A stretch of 56,190 bases of DNA from a virus (Duplodnaviria; Caudoviricetes): positions 1 through 56,190 of IMG/VR virus record IMGVR_UViG_3300047476_001428, one strand, 5' to 3'. The position numbers were made by a program, and so were the translations under genes. Under the pieces are notes generated by a model that worked only from the letters and a program-made list of their open reading frames with translations, did no database searches and was not told the DNA's origin. This document shows, piece by piece, positions 1 through 11,900 of the stretch. Position 1 is the first letter of the stretch. Every line of letters begins with the position of its first letter.

Positions 1-45
1 CATGTAGACAGTTAAGTCTGACAATATCTTTTGTGATGCGTCCAT
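1..45 (-). CDS. nrdJ: Ribonucleotide reductase, probably class II (B12-dependent); N-terminal fragment running off the window edge
   Basis: Hand translation from the ATG at 45 gives MDASQKILSDLTVYM, resembling the 'ILSDITVYMKY' start of monomeric class II RNRs; lies downstream of the helicase. Only 15 codons are visible. Confidence 0.55.
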   Translation of the reverse strand, partial: MDASQKILSDLTVYM

Positions 46-72
46 TTTGTTTAATTATAATTTTTTTGTTTG

Positions 73-1458
73 TTAATTCAAGTTAGTTTCTTGCTCCTTT
101 TGTTTTCTTCGTTCCATCAATTCTTTAATTCTATCTCGTTTTTGTTCTTCTTTCTTTTCTTCAAATCCTAAGAAAGTAACCGAACTTTCAGTATCAATTT
201 CGAGAAGCTCATTATCGAATTTACAGTTTTCAAATACAACCCCGTCTTTACCCAAACGTGATTTGGTAATAGCGATGGTTGCTAAGTTCATTTCTTTTTG
301 TTGTAAAGTTTTAGCCACGGAAATGATAACGTGTCCAACTTGTGCCTTTTTAATAGAACCACCCATTTGGTCGGTGGTTACAACCTCAGAAGATATAGAG
401 CTTCTGTTACCCTGTGTTGCGGTCCAACCCACAACTCCTAGTTCGTGACATAACGCCTCAAACCCTCTCATAACTGAACCTTCACTTTTCCATTCATCAC
501 CCAAGTTTTTATCGGGTACAACACAATCGATATAGTCCATAACTATCATGTCGATATTATGACCATCAGCAATCATCTTACGAATCATGTTTTTGATTTG
601 GGTCATAGTGTGTTGGTCTGAAGGTAATTTTTTTAGAAATAACTTATTTGTCATTTCTTCTCTTACCACACGTGCCTTTTCTAAAACTTCTTCTCTATGT
701 AGTGGTAATAAATCAGGAGCAATACCCGTCCACATAGTGAAGTGTTTTCTTTGAATTACTTTTGGATTGTCTTCAAAAAACAACTGTAATACATCGTATC
801 CATTGTTAAATGCCGTATTAGCAATTTTAGAAAGAACCGTAGTTTTACCTACCCCAGTTGGTGCCAAGATTACACCGAGTTCTCCCTTTGCTAATCCACC
901 TTTAAGAAGTTTATCAATCCCTGTAATTCCCATAGGAATTGGATGACGGAAGTCTTCATTTAATACGTCATCTAAATTTGTAAATACGTCCTCAATTTTG
1001 TTATTGTTTTCACCGACTTGTAATGCGGTTCTAACCAACTCCTCAAGTTTGTCATAGTTTTCAAATTCACCATTGTCAAGAATTTTTTGTGATTTTGTAA
1101 TCGCCTTCTGTAACTCTTGTTGTTTACAGAACTTAAGAGATTTCTCTTGTACGAAAGACGCTCCTTCAGTCGGTGCGTCTTTTACTTGTTTAATGGTATC
1201 GTTAAGAATTTTTAACATTAACTCTTGAGGAAACTCACTCTTCACCATTTGTGAAAGAGTTTCAAAAGAGGGAGTACAGTCATACTTCACATAATACTCC
1301 TTTATGAGTTGGAGTAATGTTTTGAAGTATCTGTTTTCAAAGTGTGATGGTTCAATTACGTCAATGATAGAATGTGCGAAATCTTTGTCTAAAATGATTT
1401 GATTTAGTAGTTGAAGTTGAAATGTATTACCTAGATATTCGAAGTTCTTGTTTGACAT
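73..1458 (-). CDS. dnaB: Replicative DNA helicase (T4 gp41/DnaB-like)
   Basis: Walker A APTGVGKT, Walker B IVMDYID, 'TATQGNR' and 'KSRLG' SF4 helicase motifs. Confidence 0.9.
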   Translation of the reverse strand: MSNKNFEYLGNTFQLQLLNQIILDKDFAHSIIDVIEPSHFENRYFKTLLQLIKEYYVKYDCTPSFETLSQMVKSEFPQELMLKILNDTIKQVKDAPTEGASFVQEKSLKFCKQQELQKAITKSQKILDNGEFENYDKLEELVRTALQVGENNNKIEDVFTNLDDVLNEDFRHPIPMGITGIDKLLKGGLAKGELGVILAPTGVGKTTVLSKIANTAFNNGYDVLQLFFEDNPKVIQRKHFTMWTGIAPDLLPLHREEVLEKARVVREEMTNKLFLKKLPSDQHTMTQIKNMIRKMIADGHNIDMIVMDYIDCVVPDKNLGDEWKSEGSVMRGFEALCHELGVVGWTATQGNRSSISSEVVTTDQMGGSIKKAQVGHVIISVAKTLQQKEMNLATIAITKSRLGKDGVVFENCKFDNELLEIDTESSVTFLGFEEKKEEQKRDRIKELMERRKQKEQETNLN

Positions 1459-1495
1459 AATTTTTTATTCCTTTTACTGGTCTTGATAAATACTA

Positions 1496-1945
1496 TTATA
1501 CCAAGCTATAATTCATGTAAGTTGTAACAAAATTTTCACCTGAAAAAATGTCAGTCAAGTCCTTTAATACACTTTTTACTTGCTGGCGTATGTCTACGGT
1601 GTATCTTATTTTAGGTGGTAAAATTTTGGCGTTTAATATTCTATGACAAATTGTCTGTTCACCGACTTTAATATAAAAATTAAAAATTTCGGGACCACTA
1701 GTATTTGACGTTTCTAGAACATTTGGGTCTTCAGAAATTTGTTCTTGGTTCTCTAAAAGATAGACAACTGAACGCATTTTTTGGTCGTACTCAAATTGAG
1801 CAACGAAGTCTTTTAGGTAGTAGGATACATTCAACGAGTTCTTAGCAATCGGATTGTACCCACGGACATTGAAATACCTTTGAATAACAATGTTGTCATT
1901 CAGAGTGATAAGGAATTCCATTTTAATTACATCTGTTTCTTTCAT
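1496..1945 (-). CDS. Hypothetical protein in the replication operon
   Basis: 149-aa ORF, co-oriented and tightly packed; no motif recognised. Confidence 0.7.
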   Translation of the reverse strand: MKETDVIKMEFLITLNDNIVIQRYFNVRGYNPIAKNSLNVSYYLKDFVAQFEYDQKMRSVVYLLENQEQISEDPNVLETSNTSGPEIFNFYIKVGEQTICHRILNAKILPPKIRYTVDIRQQVKSVLKDLTDIFSGENFVTTYMNYSLV

Positions 1946-1965
1946 ATTTTTTTTATTATAGTGTG

Positions 1966-2970
1966 TTATTTGTCTTCTCTAAATTTTCTTTTTTCTTTTC
2001 TTGTAAGTTTCATAAACGGTTGGATAAATCTCAAAAACTCATCGTCACTTTTTCCAAGGTACTTGAAGAACCCGTCATTTGTCATCATACGTATTAAGTT
2101 TTTGTAACCCCTACCTTCAGGGTCTAAAGTGTCGGCATAATATTGTTCAACAACTCCTTTACCCTCATCAGAAATGATTGGGTTTTGTAGGTCCACAATT
2201 TTTTCATTAATCTGAAAAAATTTCTCTCCGAGTATTCCGTCTTTTGTTTTTCCACTAACTAAGTTTTTAAGTGCCGTGTTTTTTTCGTCTTCTTTCAGCA
2301 GTTGTTCTGCCTTTAGTAAAATATCACTAATCTTGACAGGTTTGTCAAGGAACTCAGGAAAATATTTGATTAATGTTTTTTCACCGAAATAATATATTCC
2401 GTTAATATTATCGGACTTATCACCAGTTATGATTTTATATGGTAAAATATTACAAGACGGCATTTCATATGTACCAATCTTTACCTTCTTACCGTGTGTA
2501 TAGAATACTTTAGCAATTGGAGAATATATGGTTGTGTTTTCATCCACCAACTGTAGTAAGTCTTTATCAGCAGATAGTATCGTTTTTTTCTCGTCTACAG
2601 CTATTTTACAGTAGTGGGCTATCAAGTCATCAGACTCATTCTTATCTACTCTTACCTGACGAATAAAACACTCCTCAATGTATTCTTTAACTCGTGCTTT
2701 TTGGCTATGATATGATTCGAGTTTGTACTCGTTCATATCTTGTCTTCTATTTAATTTGTAATTAGGATATAATTCACGACGCACGGATGCGTTGTCGTCA
2801 CCGTCCCAAAATACGAGAACTTTGTCGTAGTTGTGTTCATCAATTTGTTTTCGTAATGTGTTAATAAAGTGGAAGACACCCCCAATGTGGTTACCTTCTA
2901 CAAATAAGTCTCTAACTCCATGAAACCCAATCTTAAATAGGTTATCACCATCAACTAAAAGTGTCTTCAC
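1966..2970 (-). CDS. 5'-3' exonuclease / flap endonuclease (T4 RNase H, PolI N-terminal-like)
   Basis: LLVDGDN, FWDG, ESDDLIA, SADKDLLQL and GDKSDNI motifs. The start is probably the GTG at 2970, because the 3003 start overlaps the upstream gene. Confidence 0.9.
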   Translation of the reverse strand: MKTLLVDGDNLFKIGFHGVRDLFVEGNHIGGVFHFINTLRKQIDEHNYDKVLVFWDGDDNASVRRELYPNYKLNRRQDMNEYKLESYHSQKARVKEYIEECFIRQVRVDKNESDDLIAHYCKIAVDEKKTILSADKDLLQLVDENTTIYSPIAKVFYTHGKKVKIGTYEMPSCNILPYKIITGDKSDNINGIYYFGEKTLIKYFPEFLDKPVKISDILLKAEQLLKEDEKNTALKNLVSGKTKDGILGEKFFQINEKIVDLQNPIISDEGKGVVEQYYADTLDPEGRGYKNLIRMMTNDGFFKYLGKSDDEFLRFIQPFMKLTRKEKRKFREDK

Positions 2971-2980
2971 ATTTATTTTA

Positions 2981-3985
2981 TTATGCCAATTCGGCAGATT
3001 CACTTAATTCAAAATCACCATCAACACCAATTATTTCTTTCCAATAATCAGCATGTTCTTTCTTGTAAGCCTCAATCGAAGCCTTCTCTTCAGTCGCATC
3101 TTTCCCTGCCAAGAAACCGTGGGGGGTAACAATAATTTTACCATCCTCATATCCCAAACCATTAATGTGGTTTTTCATAACAGAAACTTTTGTACGGATT
3201 GCAAACTTAACAGTTCGTTTGTCTTTGGTTGCAGAAATTTTGTTTGTACCAGCACCTTTTTGATTTCCAAATAAGAACACCAAAGATGAGTTCAACCAAA
3301 TCGCTTCACCACCTTTTGCTTTAATCTTTGGTTGACCAAATGGATTATCAGGTAATTCAACCCAAGGTTGATTGATAATGATTAAAGTATTCTCGTGTTT
3401 TGAATCTGATTTTCTTGAACCTGAAATACGTTGGTTAATACCCATACCAATCTTGTCAGCAAGAACTGCTGCGTTGTGTTGTTTACCACCTTTACCTTCG
3501 TAAGTCATCTTACAAGGAACTGAACCAACTGAATCCCAAATAAAACATAAACTGTAATCCAATTCACCTTTTTCTTGAGCATCTAATAATTCATTAATGT
3601 AATCCGTAATCTGTTCAATGTAACTAAAGTTATTATTGAAGATGAAGAATCCATCCCAATCCGCCTCACCTGTTGATTCATCAACAACTTCTTCACATTC
3701 AAAACCCATAAGTTTTGCGTGTTCAAAACTCCATTTTTGTTCAGTAATAATAAACACAGGAAGGATATTCTGTTTTTGTGCTGACACGGCTGATTTTACT
3801 GCAGCAGTTGTTTTTCCTGTATCAGAGTGACCCAAGAACATATTCAAGTGTCCAATAGCTGGACCTGGTAATCCTACAGCATCTAAGAAATCCGTTCCCA
3901 ACTCCAAAAAACGTTGTGGTTTATATTTTGCTGAAGTAGAAAATTTTTTCTTTATTGAACTGAAATCGTTTTTTTTAATTGCCAT
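2981..3985 (-). CDS. uvsX: RecA/UvsX-like recombinase
   Basis: Walker A GHSDTGKTT, IWDSVGS, IINQ and KGGEA motifs of the RecA fold. Confidence 0.88.
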   Translation of the reverse strand: MAIKKNDFSSIKKKFSTSAKYKPQRFLELGTDFLDAVGLPGPAIGHLNMFLGHSDTGKTTAAVKSAVSAQKQNILPVFIITEQKWSFEHAKLMGFECEEVVDESTGEADWDGFFIFNNNFSYIEQITDYINELLDAQEKGELDYSLCFIWDSVGSVPCKMTYEGKGGKQHNAAVLADKIGMGINQRISGSRKSDSKHENTLIIINQPWVELPDNPFGQPKIKAKGGEAIWLNSSLVFLFGNQKGAGTNKISATKDKRTVKFAIRTKVSVMKNHINGLGYEDGKIIVTPHGFLAGKDATEEKASIEAYKKEHADYWKEIIGVDGDFELSESAELA

Positions 3986-4010
3986 TGTCTATGTGTTGTT
4001 TGTTTTTTTT

Positions 4011-4059
4011 ATTAAAAAATAAGAGCATGGACACTATGTCTATGTAAGTGTCCATGCTC
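4011..4059 (-). terminator. Intrinsic terminator after the SSB gene
   Basis: Perfect 13-bp stem GAGCATGGACACT (4023-4035) / AGTGTCCATGCTC (4047-4059), followed on the minus strand by TTATTTTTT. Confidence 0.8.
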
Positions 4060-4066
4060 AATATAA

Positions 4067-4921
4067 TTAGAATGGTAGGTCCTCGTCAGGTTCAGCGTTA
4101 ATCTGAGGGTCTGAGTGGAATGGACTTGGAGTGTTTGTTTTAGCACCACCCATGGTCATTACACCTTCATCACCATAAAGGTATTTTCCTGTTTCAGAAT
4201 CCCAACGTGGTTCTTCTCCACGAGAAAGAGCTTCCAAATACTCAACAGGTTTCTTAGAGTAAACATCTGCCCAAGTCAAAGGGTCTTTTAACCACTCGTC
4301 TTTAGTTGCTGCATCATCATGAAGAGATGATGGGTCATCATGCATGATTGTTTGGATTGATGTGTAATCCTTACCAGCAGGTGTCTTAGATTTTACTAAC
4401 TGTACGATAAGGTCTCTACCTTTATCAGGGTCGGTAATATCACCCTTTTGTCTCCAAATAGGAATGATTTTGTCCAAGATACCATCGTTCTTGTAATTGT
4501 GTTTGAAACGCCAGAATTTTACACCTTCTTCTTCAGCATCACGGTCAATAACTTTTACGATGTAAAATTTACGTGATTTGTATTGTTTTGCTAATTCTTT
4601 GTCAGATTCTTTACCTGTTGACATAAGTTCTTCATGAACTTCATTCAAAGGTGAACGCTCGTTATCATTCTTACCTGGGTCATAAAATTTTTGCCATTTA
4701 CCACCAACTTGTAATTCATGGTACCATACTTCTTTGAAAGGTGAAGAACCATCTGGTGTTGGAAGGATTCGGACTCTACGTTGTCCTTGTGCTTGACCTT
4801 GTGGAAGGATACAAGCGAAATACTTTTTCATTCTTTCCTCTTGAGACATTTTGTTAGAATCTCCGAAAGATTGTGTGTTTTTTTCGTACTGTGAAAGTAC
4901 CGCGTCAAGTGAGCTCATCAT
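4067..4921 (-). CDS. Single-stranded DNA-binding protein (T4 gp32-like)
   Basis: Adjacent to UvsX; 'RVRILP..PF..VWYH' and 'DITDPDKGRDL' gp32-type segments; acidic tail ending DEDLPF. Confidence 0.8.
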   Translation of the reverse strand: MMSSLDAVLSQYEKNTQSFGDSNKMSQEERMKKYFACILPQGQAQGQRRVRILPTPDGSSPFKEVWYHELQVGGKWQKFYDPGKNDNERSPLNEVHEELMSTGKESDKELAKQYKSRKFYIVKVIDRDAEEEGVKFWRFKHNYKNDGILDKIIPIWRQKGDITDPDKGRDLIVQLVKSKTPAGKDYTSIQTIMHDDPSSLHDDAATKDEWLKDPLTWADVYSKKPVEYLEALSRGEEPRWDSETGKYLYGDEGVMTMGGAKTNTPSPFHSDPQINAEPDEDLPF

Positions 4922-4946
4922 AATTTTGTTTTTGTTTTGTTAGTTA

Positions 4947-4975
4947 ATTATAGGTTATGTTTTTTAATTCGTCAA
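4947..4975 (-). promoter_or_regulatory. Sigma70-type promoter for the SSB/UvsX operon
   Basis: Minus strand reads TTGACG-N17-TATAAT, 25 nt upstream of the SSB start. Confidence 0.75.
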
Positions 4976-4985
4976 ATTATTCGCC

Positions 4986-5011
4986 AATAAAAAAGGGTCA
5001 CAATGTGACCC
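4986..5011 (-). terminator. Intrinsic terminator after the 5040..5720 gene
   Basis: GGGTCAC-att-GTGACCC stem followed by TTTTTTATT on the minus strand. Confidence 0.7.
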
Positions 5012-5039
5012 CTAAAGTATAGTAAAATTTTCACAAAAA

Positions 5040-5720
5040 TCAACCCATCTTAAATGTTGATTGGGTTGGTTCGTCTCCGTAATTGTCAAAGGTTTTTTTA
5101 ATTTCTGATGGAACAATTTGTTCTACTTCGTCAGATGTTAATACATATTCGTTCTTCCCTGACTTTTCCATGTCCTCTTGTTTGTCATCAAAAAAACTTG
5201 AAAGTTTTTGATTAAATGGACCACTATCAAGAGTTCTTAGTTCTAATTTTTCTTGAGCAGTTTTTGGTCTGTATTTTTCAATCTTATCTTCCATTGAATT
5301 TAATTTCTCAAATACTTGGTCCATTGAATTTAATTTACTTTGCATGTCCTCAATTTGTTTGAACATCATGTCAAAATATTCTTGTTGTTTTGTTTCAATA
5401 TTTTTTTGAGAGTTAACTAACTCAGTAATGTCCAATTCTTCGCTGTCTGAACTACTTTCAGATTCTTCAGATTTTCCGGCAGAATCAATTTTCTCAACTT
5501 CAGTATCTGTAGTAGTATCGATTACTTGTGGTTCAACAGGTGCAGCAGCATCTAATGTTGGGTCAGCAGGGGCTGCAGCATCCAATGCTGGGTCAGCGGG
5601 TGCCGCCGCATCAGGTGCTGGTGGAATATCACCAAGCCCTGCAGCGTCTTGCTCCATAATATAAGAATTTATCTTATTATGTCTTTTAATCTCTTCAATG
5701 ATTTTTCTATCTATAGCCAT
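5040..5720 (-). CDS. Acidic, Ala/Pro-repeat hypothetical protein (possible head/internal or scaffold-like protein)
   Basis: 226 aa; DAAAPADPxL-type repeats, an acidic linker and a predicted coiled coil. Confidence 0.65.
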   Translation of the reverse strand: MAIDRKIIEEIKRHNKINSYIMEQDAAGLGDIPPAPDAAAPADPALDAAAPADPTLDAAAPVEPQVIDTTTDTEVEKIDSAGKSEESESSSDSEELDITELVNSQKNIETKQQEYFDMMFKQIEDMQSKLNSMDQVFEKLNSMEDKIEKYRPKTAQEKLELRTLDSGPFNQKLSSFFDDKQEDMEKSGKNEYVLTSDEVEQIVPSEIKKTFDNYGDEPTQSTFKMG

Positions 5721-5725
5721 TTGAA

Positions 5726-5950
5726 TTATCCGTTTAATAATTGTTTAACACCATGTGGTGTCTCAACTTGAACTCGTCTATTTGTTTTAAGAGTGTTATC
5801 GACTCTTTCAATAAGACCGTCTCTATCTCTTACAGTGTAGCAACTTCCACTATCTAAGTCGCAAACCTCGGTATAACCATTACCTGTATTTTTTTCAGTG
5901 TATCTTGAATTTTTACCAAGATAGTTGTCTAAATGTTGTTTAATATCCAT
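5726..5950 (-). CDS. Small hypothetical protein
   Basis: 74 aa, co-oriented, preceded by TATTTAT (5964-5970). Confidence 0.65.
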   Translation of the reverse strand: MDIKQHLDNYLGKNSRYTEKNTGNGYTEVCDLDSGSCYTVRDRDGLIERVDNTLKTNRRVQVETPHGVKQLLNG

Positions 5951-5974
5951 AATATTTTTCTTAATAAATATATC

Positions 5975-8900
5975 TTAAAGGGTAAATAGTTTATAAACCT
6001 CACATATATGTAAAGCCTCATCCGCCGCTTTTATAATATCGGTAAAAGTACTGTCATTAGATTTAATCCAATTATCTCGTTCTTCAGGAGTTTGAAATCT
6101 TTTTGTTGGCCAATTATTAATCCAAAGCGCAACCATATATTTTGTAATTGTATCTCTATCTAAATTATCCCACTTTCGACCATCGGCATATATTAAACTA
6201 CTACTTGGTTTTGATTTGTTATAATAATAATCAGATATGAATCTAACTGAGTTTTCAAAATTAGAAAAGACCGCGTAAGGTGTTGTTTGTCCAAAATTAG
6301 ATTTACAAGCATATTGGTTTGTTAAATATGTATTTCTACCCGCATAAGATATTTGTGGGAAAGGAATACCACCTAATGGCGTTCCACCTAAATCATGGTT
6401 AAATGAATATATTGTCTTATCATCATGTCCATTAACATACATAGTAAAGAATGTCATAAGTCTTGCAACATTATTTGGTACTATAGATTTAATTGTTTTA
6501 CTAATATCAGCAATTGACACATTAGTAACAACGTTTTCAATACCATTAAACTTTTGATATGCCGTATTTGCGTCTTGTATGTCTTTTAAGCAATAAATTG
6601 ATGGTGATGCCGTATATTTGGCGTTTAATTGGACACCGTTTCCTATTGTAATTATATTAACAGCTGGTTGAGCGGTAGTTGTTGCAGTTTCTTTGAGCCT
6701 ATAAATTGATTGTACTAAATCATTTAACAAATTTTGATTGATTGACATGATTTGTTTACTAATCAATGGAAGTGAATAAACAGGCATTCTAGTACCAGTA
6801 AAGAATGTTTTGAAACTACCCGAGTCAATAACGTGTTCAACAGACTGAATCATGTATGGACCTCTAAACATTGGTACATGTCTTAAGTTGAAATACATAG
6901 TTGGTTGTATCATCACATTTCCTAACGATTCAACTCTACATTCATAACTTCTATTTTTATATAAATTATACAAACTAACACTTTGTGTGTTAACTTTTCT
7001 ACCTGAAGCCCCCATAGCCATGTCTGTCATGACTTTATTACCTTCAGTCGTTGCGGCAGCCGGATTTTGGTCTAACTGAATACTATAGAAAATACCTTGG
7101 TTTCTTGTTCCAAAATCTACGTTAAACGCAACAACTTTGTTTGATGTTGCCCAATCTGTTTTACCTTGTAACTTTGAAACTATTGGATTATCAGAACTTC
7201 TTGTTAAATCAAAAGCATCTGTTCTCCATCTATAATCAGCATTATCTCTCATATCCAAGTGTTCACTTGGTTTACCAGCGTAGTAACAAACTAATTTTGG
7301 TTGTGAACTTCTATAATCAACATCTAAAAAGGTTCCAAATAAGGAATTTGCTAATGATTCTGACGATTCGGCATTAGGTGTAACGCCTTGTTTTACTTCT
7401 CCAACACCCCAAAAATTTATATATGCCGGTAATGGCATCATTTGGAATTGGTTATCAGCAATAATTTTACTAACAAAATCAATAACCCTCGTATCCATAG
7501 ATGTGGTTCCTGAAAAGAAATTAATTAATTTGAATACGTCCACTAATATTTTGTCACCAATATCTCTGTTAGCTCTATCTAAAAATAAAACATCTGAAAA
7601 TAATGTTTTATCAGTATATTCGGTACCAGCAATCCACTTATCATTAAATGTCTTAAACGATTCATAAAATTCTAATTTAGGTTGTGTACCATCAACAGCC
7701 GATAATATTGGTTTTTCAACTGTTTCGGTAACATCAGGTAATGTTTTTTGTAATGAAAAAAACAATTGTCCTAAAATTTCATTTGTGTTATTATTTTTTT
7801 CAGTAAGGTATTCATTTAATCCGTCTATAAAATTAGTCTTAGTATAAATTGTTGCCGATGATTCGTTTTTGAGTTTCTGTGTTCCAAAAATTTTAATTAA
7901 TGGGGCGAAATTAACAACATTCTGTTGTGTAAATTCAATATTCATTGTTGGGAAGAAATCAGTAAAATAACTTCCATTATCAGTATATGTCATACCTGAC
8001 TGAGTACCAAATCCAACATAAGTATACATGGCCTTCCATGCTGATGTATTGTTTGTATAAGATTGTAGGTATGTTGTTGTACCACCCTGTGTTGGTAATG
8101 TATTAGGAACATACGGATTGTATGTATAACCATCAATTACTTTACTAGGTGGTAATGGTAATGTTGTAAATGTACCGTACAATTTACGGTTAAAATTACT
8201 TGGGTTACCATATCTAAATGTTTTATAATAATTTAAGAATCCATTGATAGTATTACCAATGTTTTTCATTTGTTCTGTAGAACATCTACTAACATAATCA
8301 TTCGCATTGATTTTATTATCAACCTCAGGAATAAATAAAAGGTTTGTCATCAACGCTTGGAAATTCTTATTTGAATCTGAAGTATTGGCAACATCATCAT
8401 GTGTTAAATCAAGATAAGATTTTGAGAAATTTAAGAATTCTGTTTCAAACGAATCTAAAATATCTTTCTTGAATGTTCCAAATATATCTTCAATTTTTGA
8501 ATATCTTTGTCCTAATTTGAACGCATCTTGATTTGTTTTATCATTATAAATTTGTTTTAGATATTCATTGTAATCAGGTTTTTTAATACTTTGTAATTCA
8601 AAATAACCGTAGTTTGGTGCCGTCCAAAATGTACGAACAGAACCATTTTGAATTGCCTTGTTATTAAACACTTCTTGAGTAATTGTTGTACCAGTGGCTT
8701 GTGTTGTAAAACACTCATCTTTTACTTGGTTCACCAATGAACCAAAAGATGGTATAACCATCGTAGTATTATTCTTAAATCTATCTTTTATTTGAACAGA
8801 ATTATTACCAAAATTAAATGTCGCATACCAAGTGTTTATATTTAACACTCTATTTGGATTGGTTTTATCAAATCCTAATGGTAAAGAAATTTGTGATTTT

Positions 8901-11900
8901 TGAATATTATCCAAATTCAATCCTTTAGAAATTCCTGATTGTATTTGACTATTGGTATACCCCGTAAATAAGTCTAAACCAGTTGCCATATAATAAACAT
9001 CATTTATGACTTTAGGATAGAAACCTATATTCATAGTTGATGATGTAATATTTGTACCACCAGGACTTGTGCTAACAACCGACTCTTGACCAACAACTTC
9101 AAATGTTTTTGATTGTTGATTTGTAAATGTATATTTTGTTTTTAAGTCTGATGTTGTTGGGTCATAAAGATTTGCAACATTAACATTTGTCCAAGTACTA
9201 TCTAATATATCAATGTTGTCTTCAATATATTTCTTATATCTGTACCAAATCGAACCGTACTTAAGAATCCAAGCATATGGTAATCTATGAACACCACCAA
9301 ATTTTGTTAGAGTTGCAAAAATATAATCCAAATCTTTTTCTAAAGATTTATCAGTCGCAGATGGTATATCTTTATATCTTTCCCTTAATGTTCCCAAAGG
9401 TAGTGAATTTAAGAACAAGTAAGCCGATTTAACATATGGATATAGGGTACCGTCAATTCTACTTAGATTGATAGATTCCAATAACGCATTTGTAAATATT
9501 GGTGTGTTAAGTAATGATGTGGTTTGTTCCGCAGTTACATTTCCTGAGTTATTAGCGTAAGACACTGGACCCTCAGTCACCAAATATTTTTCAGAAATAG
9601 TTCGACTATTATAAAATGCTGAAAAGTCGTTTGATGGTAATGGTTCTGTTAAATTTGAAAATAACCCATTAACAAATGGAACATTTTCTTTTTCATTGTA
9701 CGGCTTGTAATTACTAATGAATTTTTTATCAGTATTTAATACCAAACTTTTTGTTGTTTCATATCTATTACCATTTTTAGTGAAACCAGCCAAGTTTTGT
9801 GCCGACCAAATATCACTGGTAAATGGATATAAATCAGTAAAATCAGTTGTTGTCGATAATGAACTCTTGATGTATTGGTCAATATTAGTTAACGACTCAA
9901 CATTTTTAGATGTACTTGGTGATGTCGGTGTTAAATAATCAAAATCTAAAATACTATAATCTTGATTTGTAACCGTTTTCAAATATTCCGAAGTAAATTC
10001 ACCACGAATAAATTGTTGCCAACTAGGTCCTGTTCCATCATTTGAAATATTTCTTAATAACACTAAAATATCCGTAGGTGTTAATGTAAGACTTTTTAAT
10101 ATTCTTACAAGACTAGGACTGGTACTATTAAGAGCCGTTGTAATATTACTTGTTTCTAAATCAGAAATTGTTTTATAAACCGAAAGTTGTGACGAATTTG
10201 GTCTTGACAGTCTATCGTAATAAACAGACATTATTACTCTTTCATAAATTTCATATATAAACTTAACAATTTCATAGTTAGAGTATGGTAAATTTGTCAT
10301 TGGGAAATCAACAGCGTTTACCGATATTCTTGCAATTGTTTTTCCCTCGTTATTATCACCTGAAGCATTTGCAGTATCACTAGCCGATTGGCTTTTTATA
10401 ATACCTTTTAGATATTCTTCAACAAACTGAACCTCAGGCCATACTTCGAAATTATTTCCACGAGTTCTTGATATTTCTTTAGAATCACCAGGATATCTTA
10501 ATTCAAACTGTTCACCATCAGGTGAATTTGTTTCAACATAATATAATGGCCAAGGATAAACCGGAATGTTGGCTAAAGAATTAGTATTGGTTGTTTGTAC
10601 CAAATTTTTACTATCAGGCGTTACACTTGTTTTTGCACCATCAAATACCGCTCGTTTTCTTATTGGATTCAATCTTTGTGACCAAGCATCTCTATGAACG
10701 TCATCCATCATTAGATAAAACGCTTCAACAGACGCAAATATCATACCCATGATATTTCTCATTGTTGGTTTGAATCCTAAACCGTTTGGTCCCTCAATTT
10801 TCTTTTCTAAAAATTCACTAAGAGCCAAGACTAATTTTTCTTTTTGTTTTGATACTTCAGCGAATGTCTTATCAATTAAACTATTGAATGACGGTACACC
10901 GAAATAAGTACCATCAAATATAAAATTGTATGTTGGAACTAAAACATCGTTTTCGGTTTTTTGATATGTTGGTCTAAAAAATTGAGATTCTTGAGCAGCT
11001 AACAACGCAACTTCAGCATCGGTTCCAACTCTACTATTTCTAACTTGGAATGTTTGTTTCCAATCAATATCTTGAGGGCTTAACGCTTTTCTAAATGTAT
11101 CAGGTATTGCAACTTCTTTTACACTTGGTGCAACAAACAACGCATTAAGTGTAGATATTTGTGATTGGTATTTAACACCATCAACGGTAAAGTTACCATT
11201 TAATCCTAATGTTTTATTTTCATCTAAAATCTTTTTATATTCAACAATTAACTTTCTTAATTGATTATAAGCATTAACAGCCGACTGATTACTTTTATCA
11301 GTTCTAATATTGTTGTTATAAATCCAAGTTGTTATTGTTTCACCACTTGTTTTATTTGTATCTAAAATAAATGGTTTATTTTGGTCAATATATTTAACAA
11401 ACCAAGAGTTTGGGTCATTTGATGTTATATCATCACGTAATTTTGTTAGAGTTTCCGAATAAGTGTTAACATCACTTAATGGTGTAAACTCAGCCTGACC
11501 AAAACTTTTATTTAGATTAGACTCCAAAGTATATAACCTAATCCTTAATTCAGGTACTGATAATTCAGGTAAGTCTGTAGGTATTAAACCCTCAGCTTTA
11601 TACTTTTTGTAAACATTTTTTATTTTTTCCATTCCTTTGGAAGTCCTAACATTCGCTGTTAAACTTGTAGTATTTCCATTGGATGCCAATGCCGCATTTA
11701 CAGCACCTGTTTGAGCCGCAGTTGCACTGATTTTATAGTTTGTTGAATACATGTACGGTGTCGCAAACAATGCACCAACTTGTGTTTCGGCAAGTACTGT
11801 ATATTTGTAAGAATAAAATTTTAGACTAATTCTATAGTTTCCCGTGTTTCCTTCAAAGGCTGCCGAAAAATTTGTAAGAATTAATTGATATCTAATAGCT

